The notes under the pieces were generated by a model that saw nothing but the letters and a program-made list of their open reading frames with translations, made no database searches and was not told the origin of the DNA. A stretch of DNA of 32,000 bases. Origin: Patescibacteria group bacterium (GTDB lineage Bacteria > Patescibacteriota > Patescibacteriia > 2-01-FULL-39-33). The stretch spans positions 90,001 to 122,000 of the forward strand of contig JBAZMW010000004.1 of assembly GCA_041649575.1 (NCBI GenBank), written 5' to 3'. Within the stretch, counting starts at the first letter, position 1. The number at the start of each line of letters is the position of its first letter. A program made the translations under genes and the position numbers. Below are positions 23,122 through 32,000 of the stretch, in pieces.

Positions 23122-24326
23122 TATTGGGGTGGTTTTTTTTGCTCATTTGCCAGGTGTTTTTTAGTAAAATAGCTAAATTTACCCAATTTTATATAATCAT
23201 CTACTTTTTTGTTAATCAATTTGTCTAAAACGTGAAAACGGCGTTTTTTTTCGATAAATGGCACATTGTCGGTGAACTTTTTGGCAGCCATGGTGCCAAT
23301 TCGAGGTGAATAACAAGCGATATAGGCTAGATTAAAACCCACCTTCTTATATAAGTCGACGGTTCGACCAAATTGTTTCACAGTTTCGCCAGGAAAACCC
23401 ACAATAATATCGGTGGTAAAACTAGCATCGGGCACTTGTTTTTTTATTTTTTTTATTAACTTTAAATATTCTTCCCTAGTATAGAGGCGGTTCATCTTTT
23501 TCAAAATGGTATTGTCACCAGCTTGGACCGGCAAATGGATTTCACGGTTGATTTGAGGATGGCTGGCAATCACTTTAATCAGTTGGTCGGAAAAATCCCA
23601 AGGGTTGGCAGAAATAAAGGATATTTTTTTGAATTTTTTTATTTTGGCGATTTCTTCCAGAAGATAGGGAAACAAGGTCGGAATTCTAGTTTTACCTAAA
23701 CTTTTTACTAAGATCGGCTCAACTTTTTTACCATCGGGCAATTTGAATTTTTTGTTTTTAACGACTAAGTCTGCGCCGTAGGAATTTACATTTTGTCCGA
23801 TGAGCGTGATTTCGCTGTAGCCACGTCGTGCCAGATTCTTGGCTTCTTTAATTATATCAATAAAGGATCGGGAAATTTCTCGGCCGCGCGCCAAGGGTAC
23901 AATGCAATAAGAGCAGGCGTTATTACAACCGTTGCCGATAGAAACAAAAGCATGTCTTTTGTCTGATCTGGTTGGCGACAGTGAGAAAAATTTTTCTATC
24001 GGTACGCATTCACAATCAGCGGAGATTTTTTTTAATTTTCCTCTTCTGACGCCCGATGGCTCGCGGCTAGCTGCGCCGACTAAACAACCAGTAATTATTA
24101 TTTTTAACTGGGGATTTTTTTTCTGAAGCTGTTTTAATTTTTTAATTAAGCCATAGGCGCGATTCTCGGCCGCTTCGCGGACAACACAAGTGTTAATAAT
24201 AGCCACAGTAGCTGTGGCTGGGTTGTTGGTTGGTCGGTAGCCGAGTTTTTGGTAGCGGCTGACAATTTTTTCCGAGTCGGCGACATTGCCTTGGCAACCG
24301 AAAGTTTTGAGGTAGAAAGTTTTCAT
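23118..24326 (-). CDS. miaB: Radical-SAM tRNA methylthiotransferase (MiaB-like)
   Basis: The N-terminal MTTase domain is MKTFYLKTFGCQGNVADSE and the radical-SAM cluster is GCNNACSYCIVPLARGRE. I use the ATG at 24326, because the track's longer N-terminus is read through the tRNA-Leu gene. Confidence 0.8.
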   Translation of the reverse strand: MKTFYLKTFGCQGNVADSEKIVSRYQKLGYRPTNNPATATVAIINTCVVREAAENRAYGLIKKLKQLQKKNPQLKIIITGCLVGAASREPSGVRRGKLKKISADCECVPIEKFFSLSPTRSDKRHAFVSIGNGCNNACSYCIVPLARGREISRSFIDIIKEAKNLARRGYSEITLIGQNVNSYGADLVVKNKKFKLPDGKKVEPILVKSLGKTRIPTLFPYLLEEIAKIKKFKKISFISANPWDFSDQLIKVIASHPQINREIHLPVQAGDNTILKKMNRLYTREEYLKLIKKIKKQVPDASFTTDIIVGFPGETVKQFGRTVDLYKKVGFNLAYIACYSPRIGTMAAKKFTDNVPFIEKKRRFHVLDKLINKKVDDYIKLGKFSYFTKKHLANEQKKPPQY

Positions 24327-24412
24327 GGTGCCTTGGGAGGGACTCGAACCCTCAATCCCTTGCGGGAACATGCTCCTAAGGCATGCGCGTATACCAATTC
24401 CGCCACCAAGGC
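24326..24412 (-). tRNA. tRNA-Leu(UAG), CCA encoded
   Basis: Acceptor GCCTTGG/CCAAGGC, anticodon stem CATGC/GCATG with loop CTTAGGA, long variable arm, T-arm GAGGG-TTCGAGT-CCCTC, and 3' end ACCA. The terminal A at 24326 is the A of the miaB-like ATG. Confidence 0.9.
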
Positions 24413-24460
24413 ATATTGCTAATCAAAATGATTTTGCCGTCTATATTTTTTAACCGTTAA

Positions 24461-24516
24461 GTATACCAATTCTCCGCCTCGGCTTCGCCTTCGGCGAGAC
24501 GAGCGCCACCAAGGCC
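24461..24516 (-). repeat. tRNA-Leu 5' fragment interrupted by a roughly 31-nt GC-rich hairpin module
   Basis: The minus strand reads GCCTTGGTGGC[GCTCGTCTCGCCGAAGGCGAAGCCGAGGCGGA]GAATTGGTATAC, against the intact GCCTTGGTGGCGGAATTGGTATAC. On the plus strand the insert begins TCCGCCTCGGCT, identical to the Gly-fragment insert. Confidence 0.7.
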
Positions 24517-24529
24517 TAAAACTATCTTT

Positions 24530-24558
24530 AAGATAATTAAAAAGCGCTATTTTGTCAA
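24530..24558 (-). promoter_or_regulatory. Promoter: TTGACA, 17-nt spacer, TATCTT, for the tRNA-Leu / miaB-like unit
   Basis: The -35 is at 24553-24558 and the -10 at 24530-24535. The predicted start is a few nt upstream of the tRNA-Leu 5' fragment. A divergent plus-strand candidate (TTGTCA, 15-nt spacer, TATAAT at 24552-24578) faces the LTD gene. Confidence 0.45.
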
Positions 24559-24607
24559 TAAAAAAATAATGATATAATAAATAAAAAATAATTAACAAAA
24601 ATAAAAA

Positions 24608-27178
24608 ATGAACAGGAGGATTTTTTTATTTGTCTCTGTGATTCTGACAGGGATTTTTTTGTCGGGAAATATCTCTGCGGTTCTGGCACAAGACATCATA
24701 CCGGTAAACAGCGGCGATTTATCTGTGTTTACCGATTGGGCTTGTACCAATTGCGGGCAAGGGTCGCCATCGGGAAACAAGTATATAATTATGACAGCCA
24801 GCAGCTCCGTCCTGATTTCGCCGATAGTTGATTTGAGCGCCTATACTAATCAGAAATTGGATTTTAAAGCGCGGACATATGGCGGTGTCAGCACCAGCAG
24901 CCCGGAAGTAACCATAAAAATTTCCACGGACAGCGGGGTTAATTGGAATTTATTGGCCGGCGCTTTGGCGACCACCACTAATTTGACGGCGCAACCGACC
25001 ATTGATTTGTCCGCTTATAACAGTTTCGCGAAGATAAAATTTGAGTCCTTGGGAGCGACCGGTTCCCAAGGAGTCGGCCTGGATGATATTGCCCTCACCG
25101 GGCTGTCAATAAACAATCCGCCCGTGGCGCTAATAAGCATGAGCACAACGACCGCGGAAGTAAATCAAATAATAAATTTCGACGCCAGCGCTTCGGCCGA
25201 CGACGGCACTATCGTTGGCTATGATTGGGACTTGGGCAATGGCGCGACAAGCAGTGGCTCACTAATTGCTTATGCCTATCCGGCGGCGGGAAATTTCACA
25301 GTCAACTTAACCGTGACCGATGACGGCGGACTGGCTAATACTACCAGCACGGTAATTACCATTAATGATTTAACCGCGACCTCCACACCAGCAGAAATAA
25401 AAATTGGTGACGTGGTGATAAACGAATTTTTATCTTATGCGGAAACCGGCGACAAAGAGTGGGTGGAGTTTTACAACAACAGCACCTCGACCATTGATTT
25501 AAACGGCTGGACTCTAAGCGACAATTCTTCGACCACCACGATTTCTGGAATTATCGAGGCTACCGGCACGGCGCGATTTTTGGTTTGGGAATTTAGTAGC
25601 GGCAAGCTAAACAATGCCGGCGATATTATCACCATAAAAGACGGGACGGGAAAAATAATCGATCGGGTGGCCTATGGCGATTTCGATGATGGCGATAAAG
25701 ACGACAACGCTCCGGAGGCGGGAAAAAATTATACTACCGCCAGAAAAGTTGACGGCTTGAACTCTGGCAGTAATAAAAGTGATTTTTTAGAAACTATTAC
25801 CCCGACCAAAGGATTACCAAACATTATTACACCAAAACCCGCTCCCCCCTCTTCGGGTGGCGGTGGCGGAGGCAGCGCCGCACCCAGTCGTCAGCCAAAA
25901 GAGCAGCCCAAAGTAGCCACGACCACGGAAAAGATAGTTGTTAATTTTTCGGGAAAGATTATCATCAATGAGCTACTGCCCAATCCCGACGGCGATGATG
26001 AGGAAGGAGAATTTATTGAACTCAAAAATCTAGACGACAGGGAAATTAATCTGGCTGGTTGGCAACTAGCCGACAACAGTAATAAAAAATACACACTCGC
26101 CTCTTCAACTATAACAGTAGGAGGATTTTTGGTGGTAAAAAGGATTGATTCGCAAATCGCCTTAAATAATTCCGGCGTGGAAGCGGCTAATTTGTATTCA
26201 CCAGACGGCAAGCTGGTCGACCGTGTAGAATATATTGGCCCGGCTAAAGACGATTGTTCTTACAGTCGTAATAAAGATGGCAAGTGGCAGTGGAGCGTTA
26301 AGCTGACTCCGGGAGAAGAAAATATTTCCGAAAGCGAAGAGACGGCTCTAACCGCGACTGGTGCAGAAGAAGAAGCTGACAACGAGCCGACAGCGGCCAA
26401 AAAAACCAGCGCTACAAAAGCGAAAGACTCCAGCGGTGGCGCTAAAACTACAAAAGTAGCAACCAGTTATTATGTCGGCGAAGTGGCTTTGGAAAAAATT
26501 CGGGAGCTGGAATTGGGAGCTAAAATTAAAGTCAAAGGCGTGGTAGCGGTGGAGCCCGGTGTTTTGGGCAGCCAAATTTTTTATCTGGCTGGTTCCGGGA
26601 TACAGGTTTATTGTTATAAAAAAGATTTTCCAAATTTAAAACCCGGAGACTACATCGAGGTTAGCGGTGAATTGTCGGAAAGCGGCGGCGAGAGAAGAAT
26701 AAAAATAACTCAAAAAAGCGATATTAGTATTTTGGCCGGCGGCAAAAATCTAGAGCCGGAGAAAGTAGCCACGGCCGATGTTGGCGAGGATTTGGAGGGG
26801 TCGCTAGTGACGGTGGAGGGAGAAATAATTGAAATAAAAGGTAGCAACCTATATTTGGATGACGGTTCGGGAGAAACCAAGGTTTATATTAAGAGTTCAA
26901 CGGGAATTGTTTTGAAAACTTTGGGTTTGCAGGAAGGAGAAAAGGTTAAAGTTACTGGCATTATTTCCCAAACCAGTGGTGGTTATCGGCTGCTGCCTCG
27001 TTATCAGAAAGATTTGGAAAAAATAGGAGAGGTCAAAGGAGCGACAGAAGCCGCGCCGCCAGTTAGCGTCCAAAAAAGTTCAGTCTGGCTGAAATATCTA
27101 GCGGCAATTATTGGATTTTTACTGGTGGTGATTGGCTGGCTGGTTAAAAAATACGTGTTGCCAAAAAAATCAAGCTGA
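24608..27178 (+). CDS. Surface-anchored multidomain protein: signal peptide, beta-sandwich, PKD, two lamin-tail domains, two OB-fold-like domains and a C-terminal TM anchor
   Basis: The PKD domain is INFDASASADDGTIVGYDWDLGNG...FTVNLTVTDDGG. The two lamin-tail domains are VVINEFLSYAETGDKEWVEFYNNSTSTIDLNGWTLSD and IIINELLPNPDGDDEEGEFIELKNLDDREINLAGWQLAD. OB-like segments include KIKVKGVVAVEP...GDYIEVSGEL and SLVTVEGEIIEIKGSN...KVKVTGIISQ. The C-terminal anchor is WLKYLAAIIGFLLVVIGWLV. Confidence 0.75.
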   Translation: MNRRIFLFVSVILTGIFLSGNISAVLAQDIIPVNSGDLSVFTDWACTNCGQGSPSGNKYIIMTASSSVLISPIVDLSAYTNQKLDFKARTYGGVSTSSPEVTIKISTDSGVNWNLLAGALATTTNLTAQPTIDLSAYNSFAKIKFESLGATGSQGVGLDDIALTGLSINNPPVALISMSTTTAEVNQIINFDASASADDGTIVGYDWDLGNGATSSGSLIAYAYPAAGNFTVNLTVTDDGGLANTTSTVITINDLTATSTPAEIKIGDVVINEFLSYAETGDKEWVEFYNNSTSTIDLNGWTLSDNSSTTTISGIIEATGTARFLVWEFSSGKLNNAGDIITIKDGTGKIIDRVAYGDFDDGDKDDNAPEAGKNYTTARKVDGLNSGSNKSDFLETITPTKGLPNIITPKPAPPSSGGGGGGSAAPSRQPKEQPKVATTTEKIVVNFSGKIIINELLPNPDGDDEEGEFIELKNLDDREINLAGWQLADNSNKKYTLASSTITVGGFLVVKRIDSQIALNNSGVEAANLYSPDGKLVDRVEYIGPAKDDCSYSRNKDGKWQWSVKLTPGEENISESEETALTATGAEEEADNEPTAAKKTSATKAKDSSGGAKTTKVATSYYVGEVALEKIRELELGAKIKVKGVVAVEPGVLGSQIFYLAGSGIQVYCYKKDFPNLKPGDYIEVSGELSESGGERRIKITQKSDISILAGGKNLEPEKVATADVGEDLEGSLVTVEGEIIEIKGSNLYLDDGSGETKVYIKSSTGIVLKTLGLQEGEKVKVTGIISQTSGGYRLLPRYQKDLEKIGEVKGATEAAPPVSVQKSSVWLKYLAAIIGFLLVVIGWLVKKYVLPKKSS

Positions 27179-27207
27179 TTTTTGCCAGCTTTTTATTAAA
27201 AATAATA

Positions 27208-28167
27208 TTAACCGCGCCAAAGGAGAAAAACCAAATAAATTAAGTAGGCGCAGACCAGGCCAATGCCCTCATAGCGTTCAATGTGTCCTTTGCGCTTGCC
27301 GGTCAAGACGAAATAGAAAAGAACAAAGGTGGCAATGATTAAGACGGTGATGTCGATATTGAGCTGGGCGTTGAAAGCCAATGGCCGGATTAAGGCGCTG
27401 ACGCCTAAAATAAAAGAAGTATTAAAAATAATTGAGCCGATAATGTTGCCAACGGCAAAGTCGGCATTCTTTTTAAAAGCGGCAGTGGCTGAAGTGATAA
27501 TTTCTGGCAAGGTGCTGCCTATCGAAATAACAGTCAGGCCAATAAGCGCTTGACTTACGCCCAAGGATTTAGCCAGGCTGGTGGCGCTACCAACCACCCA
27601 ATTGCCGCCTATACACAATCCGACAATGCCGATAACAATGTAGGCCAAAGACAGCGGGAGGCGATGTTCTGTAAAATCGGAGTGCTCGTTTTTTTTGGCT
27701 TTGGCGATGCCAAGAGTGTAATAAATAAAAATCAAAAAAAAGCCTAATAGAATAATTCCGTCCCAACGGCTGATGGCCAGTGAGTCGCCGCTATTTAAGA
27801 GCAGGTTGTTGGCCAAAATAATTAAGATGGCGATGGCCAAAAGTCCCAGCGGAATTTCACGCCAAGTGGTATTGCTTTTGATTTTAATGGGATAGACAAT
27901 CGCTGCGATACCGCCGACCAAGAGGATGTTGGAGATATTGGCGCCAATGGCATTGCCAATAGCCAGGTCGGCTGAATTTTTGAAATTTGACAGGATGTTG
28001 ACGATTAATTCTGGTAGCGAGGTGCCAAAGGCGACAATAGTCAGCCCGATGGCTAAATTGGAGATTTTGAATTTTTTGGCTAGCGAAGAGGCGCCATCAA
28101 CCAAAAAACCGGCGCCTTTAATGAGAAAAATAAAACCTAAGATTAAAAGAGTGAGGTTGGCCAGCAT
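27208..28167 (-). CDS. Ca2+/Na+ antiporter (CaCA family, YrbG-like)
   Basis: Two alpha-repeats are present: GTSLPELIVN...GNAIGANISNILLVGG and GSTLPEIITS...GNIIGSIIFNTSFILG. Confidence 0.8.
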   Translation of the reverse strand: MLANLTLLILGFIFLIKGAGFLVDGASSLAKKFKISNLAIGLTIVAFGTSLPELIVNILSNFKNSADLAIGNAIGANISNILLVGGIAAIVYPIKIKSNTTWREIPLGLLAIAILIILANNLLLNSGDSLAISRWDGIILLGFFLIFIYYTLGIAKAKKNEHSDFTEHRLPLSLAYIVIGIVGLCIGGNWVVGSATSLAKSLGVSQALIGLTVISIGSTLPEIITSATAAFKKNADFAVGNIIGSIIFNTSFILGVSALIRPLAFNAQLNIDITVLIIATFVLFYFVLTGKRKGHIERYEGIGLVCAYLIYLVFLLWRG

Positions 28168-28179
28168 GGGATGACTATT

Positions 28180-30684
28180 TTAGATTAAGGTCACATTAGC
28201 CACAGTGTCCTTTTCTTCCTTGAAGCGCATAACGCGGACACCCTGGGTATCGCGGCCGAGGACATTGACGTCTTTGACGCTCAAACGAATCACCTGTCCC
28301 TGATTGGAAATGACAATCAGGTCATTAGTGTCGCTATAGATGATTTTGCCGCTGACTATTTTTCCTGTTTTAGAATTAATTTTGGCGGTTTTGATGCCGC
28401 TGCCGCCACGTCCCTGCACTTTATAGGCGTTAAGCTTAGTCTGTTTGCCAAAGCCATTTTCCATAATTACCAGCAGGTTGGCGATCTTGTCATCTTTTTG
28501 GTTGAAGATTCCCATGCCGACAATTTTGTCGTTGGTTTTTAGTTTAAGGCCGCGGACACCGGAAGCAGCGCGACCCATTGGCCGCACATTGGCTTCTTTG
28601 AAACGGATCGCTTGGCCGTTGGCGGTGACTAGGATGATATTTTCGTCGCCTTTGGAAGGCATGACCCATTCCAAATTGTCGTTGTTTTTGATTTTGATGG
28701 CGATGAGCCCGGAGCGGCGGACGTTGGTAAAATCTTCGATGGGCGTTTTTTTGATAGTGCCGCCACTAGTAACCATAACTAAAAATTTATCGTTTTCGAC
28801 ATTAGTCAAAGGCAGAATGGCAGAAACTTTTTCGTTGGGCGCGAGCTGTAAAAAGTTGACTAACGCCTGGCCCTTGGCGGTGCGGGAGGCTTGAGGCACA
28901 TCATAGCCCTTGAGCTGGAAAACGCGGCCGCGGTTGGTAAAAAACAACACATCGGCGTGAGTGGAAGTGAGGAAAAAGTGCTCCACGCTGTCTTCTTCTT
29001 TGGTGGTGAGCCCGATAACGCCTTTGCCGCCACGCCCTTGTTTTTTGAAGGTGTCGGGGGGCAGGCGTTTGATATAGCCGTCATTGGTGACCATGACGAT
29101 CATTTCTTCATTGGGCACCAAATCTTCCATGGTGAAACTGTCGACGCCGTGGGCGACAATTTGCGTTCGGCGCGGCTGGGAATATTTATTTTTTAGTTCG
29201 ATAATTTCTTCTTTAATGATACTCAAAATTCTGGCGGGAGATTTGAGGATTGTCTCCAATTCTTTAATCAACTTTTGTTTTTCTTTAAGTTCGGTTTCCA
29301 CCTTGATTCTTTCCAGGTTGGCCAATTGTTGCAGGCGCATCTCTAAGATGGCTACGGCCTGTCGGTCGCTAAGTTTGAATTTTTTGATTAGATTTTCTTT
29401 GGCCTGCTCTTTGTCTTTGGATTTTTTAATGGTGTCTATCACTTGGTCGATTTTGGCCAAAGCCAAAACCAAACCTTCCAAAATATGAGCCCGGTCTTTG
29501 GTTTTTTCCAGATCAAAGCGTGTCCGGCGAGTGATTACTTCTTGGCGGTGTTTGAGGTATTCTTCCAAAATGGTTTTGAGCGTCAGAATGCGGGGCTGGA
29601 TACCGTCAACCAAAGCCAGCATATTGAAATGAAAAGTGGTTTGCAGGGCGGTATGCTTGAAAAGTTGATTGAGAATTTTCTTGGGGTAGGAATCTTTTTT
29701 TAACTCGATAACTATGCGCACGCCGTCCTTATTGGATTCGTCGCGTAAATCTTTAATGCCTTCGATTTTTTTGTCTTTGACCAGCTCGGCGATTTTTTCC
29801 AAAAGCACCGCCTTATTGGTTTGATAGGGTACCTCGGAAACAATAATTTGATTGCCGCCGCCTTTCATTTCTTCGATATTGGTTTTGGCGCGGCAAACAA
29901 TGCCGCCTTTGCCGGAGGCGTAGGCCTGCTTGATGTCTTTGAGGCTGTAAAGAATACCGCCAGTCGGTAAGTCCGGGCCTTTAATAAATTTCAGCAAATC
30001 GTCAAGATCGCAATCAGGATTGTCGATCAGATGCACGGTGGCTTCAATCACTTCGTTGAGGTTGTGCGGGTAAATATTGGTAGCCATGCCGACGGCGATG
30101 CCCTGGGTGCCATTAATCAAGAGGTTGGGCAGCTTGGCTGGCAAAACCAGCGGTTCCTGATGAGCGCCGTCGTAGTTGGCAACAAAATTGACAGTGTTTT
30201 TGTCGATGTCAAAAAGCATCTCCTCGGCAATGCCCGAGAGTTTGGTTTCTGTATAACGCATAGCGGCGGCGCTGTCGCCATCCATTGAGCCGAAGTTGCC
30301 CTGGCCGTTGACCAGCGGATAGCGCAGAGAGAAATTTTGCGCCAGGCGCACCAAAGTATCGTAAATAGCCATATCGCCATGCGGGTGGTATTTGGCCATT
30401 ACTTCGCCGACCACGTTAGCCGATTTTCTGAATTTGGCGTTGGCTTTCAGGCCGATGTCCCACATCGCGTAAAGCACACGGCGGTGAACCGGTTTTAGGC
30501 CGTCCCGGACATCCGGCAGAGCGCGGGAAACAATAACCGACATGGCATAATCCAAATAACTCTGCTGGACCTCCAGGCTGATTGGCTGGGCAAAAACATT
30601 TGGTTCGCTAACGGAATTATTTTCGGTCGTTGAAATATTAGTGGTTTTGTTTTCTTCTTTGGCTGCTGTTTTTTTCTTGGCCAT
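28180..30684 (-). CDS. gyrA: DNA gyrase subunit A
   Basis: [32 protein letters not shown], an AAMRYTE active-site Tyr region, and C-terminal beta-pinwheel repeats. It has a roughly 35-aa N-terminal K/N-rich extension. Confidence 0.95.
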   Translation of the reverse strand: MAKKKTAAKEENKTTNISTTENNSVSEPNVFAQPISLEVQQSYLDYAMSVIVSRALPDVRDGLKPVHRRVLYAMWDIGLKANAKFRKSANVVGEVMAKYHPHGDMAIYDTLVRLAQNFSLRYPLVNGQGNFGSMDGDSAAAMRYTETKLSGIAEEMLFDIDKNTVNFVANYDGAHQEPLVLPAKLPNLLINGTQGIAVGMATNIYPHNLNEVIEATVHLIDNPDCDLDDLLKFIKGPDLPTGGILYSLKDIKQAYASGKGGIVCRAKTNIEEMKGGGNQIIVSEVPYQTNKAVLLEKIAELVKDKKIEGIKDLRDESNKDGVRIVIELKKDSYPKKILNQLFKHTALQTTFHFNMLALVDGIQPRILTLKTILEEYLKHRQEVITRRTRFDLEKTKDRAHILEGLVLALAKIDQVIDTIKKSKDKEQAKENLIKKFKLSDRQAVAILEMRLQQLANLERIKVETELKEKQKLIKELETILKSPARILSIIKEEIIELKNKYSQPRRTQIVAHGVDSFTMEDLVPNEEMIVMVTNDGYIKRLPPDTFKKQGRGGKGVIGLTTKEEDSVEHFFLTSTHADVLFFTNRGRVFQLKGYDVPQASRTAKGQALVNFLQLAPNEKVSAILPLTNVENDKFLVMVTSGGTIKKTPIEDFTNVRRSGLIAIKIKNNDNLEWVMPSKGDENIILVTANGQAIRFKEANVRPMGRAASGVRGLKLKTNDKIVGMGIFNQKDDKIANLLVIMENGFGKQTKLNAYKVQGRGGSGIKTAKINSKTGKIVSGKIIYSDTNDLIVISNQGQVIRLSVKDVNVLGRDTQGVRVMRFKEEKDTVANVTLI

Positions 30685-30688
30685 AAGT

Positions 30689-31579
30689 TTATTTTATAAA
30701 TTTAAGACTGGATAAAATTTGGCTAAAGACCGGCTCGAATAAGTCCTGGCCGCCTCGCGAATAAACATTAATTTCATAAATATTTTTTTGCTGGCCAGCA
30801 TAGACCAAATAAGAAATATCTTTTTCTTCCATTGTTTGTTTTAGATATTTTAAGGCCGGCTGTCCGTCGATAAAGAGCTTATTCTTGTCTGGCAGGTAAT
30901 CGCTCAAATCCCCTTGATTTAATTTGAGCCATTCTTCCAGTTTCAGTTTATTAGTGCTGGTTTTTTTAGTGATGATTACCTGGCCCAAAATTTTGGGCGT
31001 GCTGGTGGCCGGGCTGTAGCTGGTGAGCATCAGGGTGTCGGCTGCTTCTTTTTTATACCAGTCGGGCGGATAGCGCAAGGAAAGGTTTAGGATTTCCGAA
31101 GAGTGTTGCGGCCAGTTGTCGCTGTTTAGGTTAATTTGCAGTTTTTGAATGATGTCGTTTTTTACTTGTTCCAGCTGGCTTTTTTGTTCTGGGACGGCAG
31201 TTTCTTGGGCCAGATTTTTCTGGGAGTCGTTAATGATGCCGCGCAGATCGGTCAGAGCCTGATCAAGGTTTTGTCCCAGGTCGTAGTCGCTACTGCTTTT
31301 TAACGCCTCTTTAACATTATTTTTCATCGTCCAAAACCAAAAAACCAAGACTATCAAAGCCAAAACTCCAACCACCAGCCAGGTTAGTTTTGATTTTTTT
31401 TCAACCTCACCGTCTGGCTCATTAATGACAATATAGCTGTTTTTTTTCGCTGCCGCTGTTTCAGCTGGTTTGGCCGTGTTGATGCTGGGAGCGGAAATCT
31501 TTTTTCTGCTTCTAATAATTTTCTTGCTGGCACCTTTGGCGCCGCCGGTTTTGGTTTTTTTGCTTTTAGCCGCAGGCAT
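30689..31579 (-). CDS. Hypothetical membrane-anchored protein with a K/A-rich N-terminus and a single TM
   Basis: The 296-aa ORF has a basic tail ([20 protein letters not shown]...) and the TM segment [19 protein letters not shown], followed by an extracytoplasmic domain I do not recognise. Confidence 0.5.
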   Translation of the reverse strand: MPAAKSKKTKTGGAKGASKKIIRSRKKISAPSINTAKPAETAAAKKNSYIVINEPDGEVEKKSKLTWLVVGVLALIVLVFWFWTMKNNVKEALKSSSDYDLGQNLDQALTDLRGIINDSQKNLAQETAVPEQKSQLEQVKNDIIQKLQINLNSDNWPQHSSEILNLSLRYPPDWYKKEAADTLMLTSYSPATSTPKILGQVIITKKTSTNKLKLEEWLKLNQGDLSDYLPDKNKLFIDGQPALKYLKQTMEEKDISYLVYAGQQKNIYEINVYSRGGQDLFEPVFSQILSSLKFIK

Positions 31580-31591
31580 GGGAGAAAATGA

Positions 31592-32000
31592 TTAAGGTTT
31601 AAAAATAATAATTTTGGTTTCTTCTTGAGGCAGATCTTTCTTGTTGATTTTTAGTTTGTCCAAAGTTTCGCTGGGCAGGCCAGACTCCTTTAAAAATTTT
31701 TCCACTCCGTCCACCTGCTCTTTAAAAAGAGGGCTTTTGTAGTGCATTGGTATCACCAGGCGCGGTTCGACTTCGCCAATGATCTCGTTGGCTTTCTTGG
31801 CGTCAATAGTAAAAACACCGCCAACAGGAATCATTAGAATATCAACATCACCCAATTTTTCTATCTGTTCGTCGCTAAGCAGATGCCCCAAATCTCCCAA
31901 GTGCACCAGATTTATCCCTTCCGTATTGATACGGTAGATGATGTTAGCGCCTCTTTCTTGGCCGGCTTGCTCGTCGTGCCAGGCAGGGATGCCGTAGATA
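31592..32000 (-). CDS. MBL-fold metal-dependent hydrolase (UPF0173/YtkL-like), 5'-truncated by the window edge
   Basis: The reading frame stays open upstream of the track's GTG (...GIPAWHDEQAGQERGANIIYRINTEGINLVHLGDLGHLLSDEQIEKLGDVDILMIPVGG...). HLGDLGH and IPMHY are typical of this family. Confidence 0.6.
   Translation of the reverse strand, partial: IYGIPAWHDEQAGQERGANIIYRINTEGINLVHLGDLGHLLSDEQIEKLGDVDILMIPVGGVFTIDAKKANEIIGEVEPRLVIPMHYKSPLFKEQVDGVEKFLKESGLPSETLDKLKINKKDLPQEETKIIIFKP

Noticed and set aside
24327-24371. The N-terminal 15-aa extension of the miaB-like ORF in the track (MFPQGIEGSSPSQGT).
   Set aside because: It is the translation of the tRNA-Leu(UAG) gene. The canonical MiaB N-terminus MKTFYLKTFGCQ begins at 24326.

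Overview
This is a low-GC, tightly packed bacterial window. Its gene content and style look like a reduced-genome, CPR/Patescibacteria-like organism; that placement is inference only.

Housekeeping genes:
- queA, ruvB, rplS, gyrA, a MiaB-like methylthiotransferase and an EndoQ-like PHP nuclease.

Envelope and surface genes:
- A Wzx-type flippase, an O-antigen-ligase-like protein, a GT-B glycosyltransferase and a membrane-anchored clan GH-A hydrolase.
- An EamA transporter and a CaCA antiporter.
- A 741-aa secreted protein paired with a lipoprotein.
- An 856-aa surface protein with PKD, two lamin-tail domains and OB folds.

RNA genes:
- A 23S-5S rRNA unit on the minus strand, with no 16S in the window and extra helices in the 23S.
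- Seven intact tRNA genes: Ser-CGA, Gly-GCC, Leu-UAA, Leu-GAG, Val-UAC, Ala-UGC and Leu-UAG.

Four things stand out:
1. tRNA genes are accompanied by partial tRNA copies in nested arrangements. A complete tRNA-Val sits inside the anticodon loop of a second tRNA-Val-like gene. tRNA-Gly is bracketed by a 5' and a 3' tRNA-Gly fragment. tRNA-Leu and tRNA-Ser are each preceded by a 5' fragment. Several fragments are interrupted near the D-arm by related GC-rich hairpin modules, and one case includes a small GIY-YIG nuclease gene.
2. A GC-rich island lies between EndoQ and the 5S rRNA. It holds an ORF-free, roughly 395-nt structured-RNA candidate with its own promoter and terminator, next to two Cys-rich mini-ORFs.
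3. A handful of mostly GC-rich mini-ORFs carry strong Shine-Dalgarno sites, whereas the ordinary genes I checked have none and some look leaderless.
4. A divergently transcribed cluster combines a TrmB-like regulator, a GC-rich 64-aa ORF, a SAM methyltransferase and a YkgJ-type Cys-cluster protein.

I saw no CRISPR array, integrase or transposase. Most short ORFs in the supplied track are antisense to real genes or lie over rRNA or tRNA, and I ignored them.
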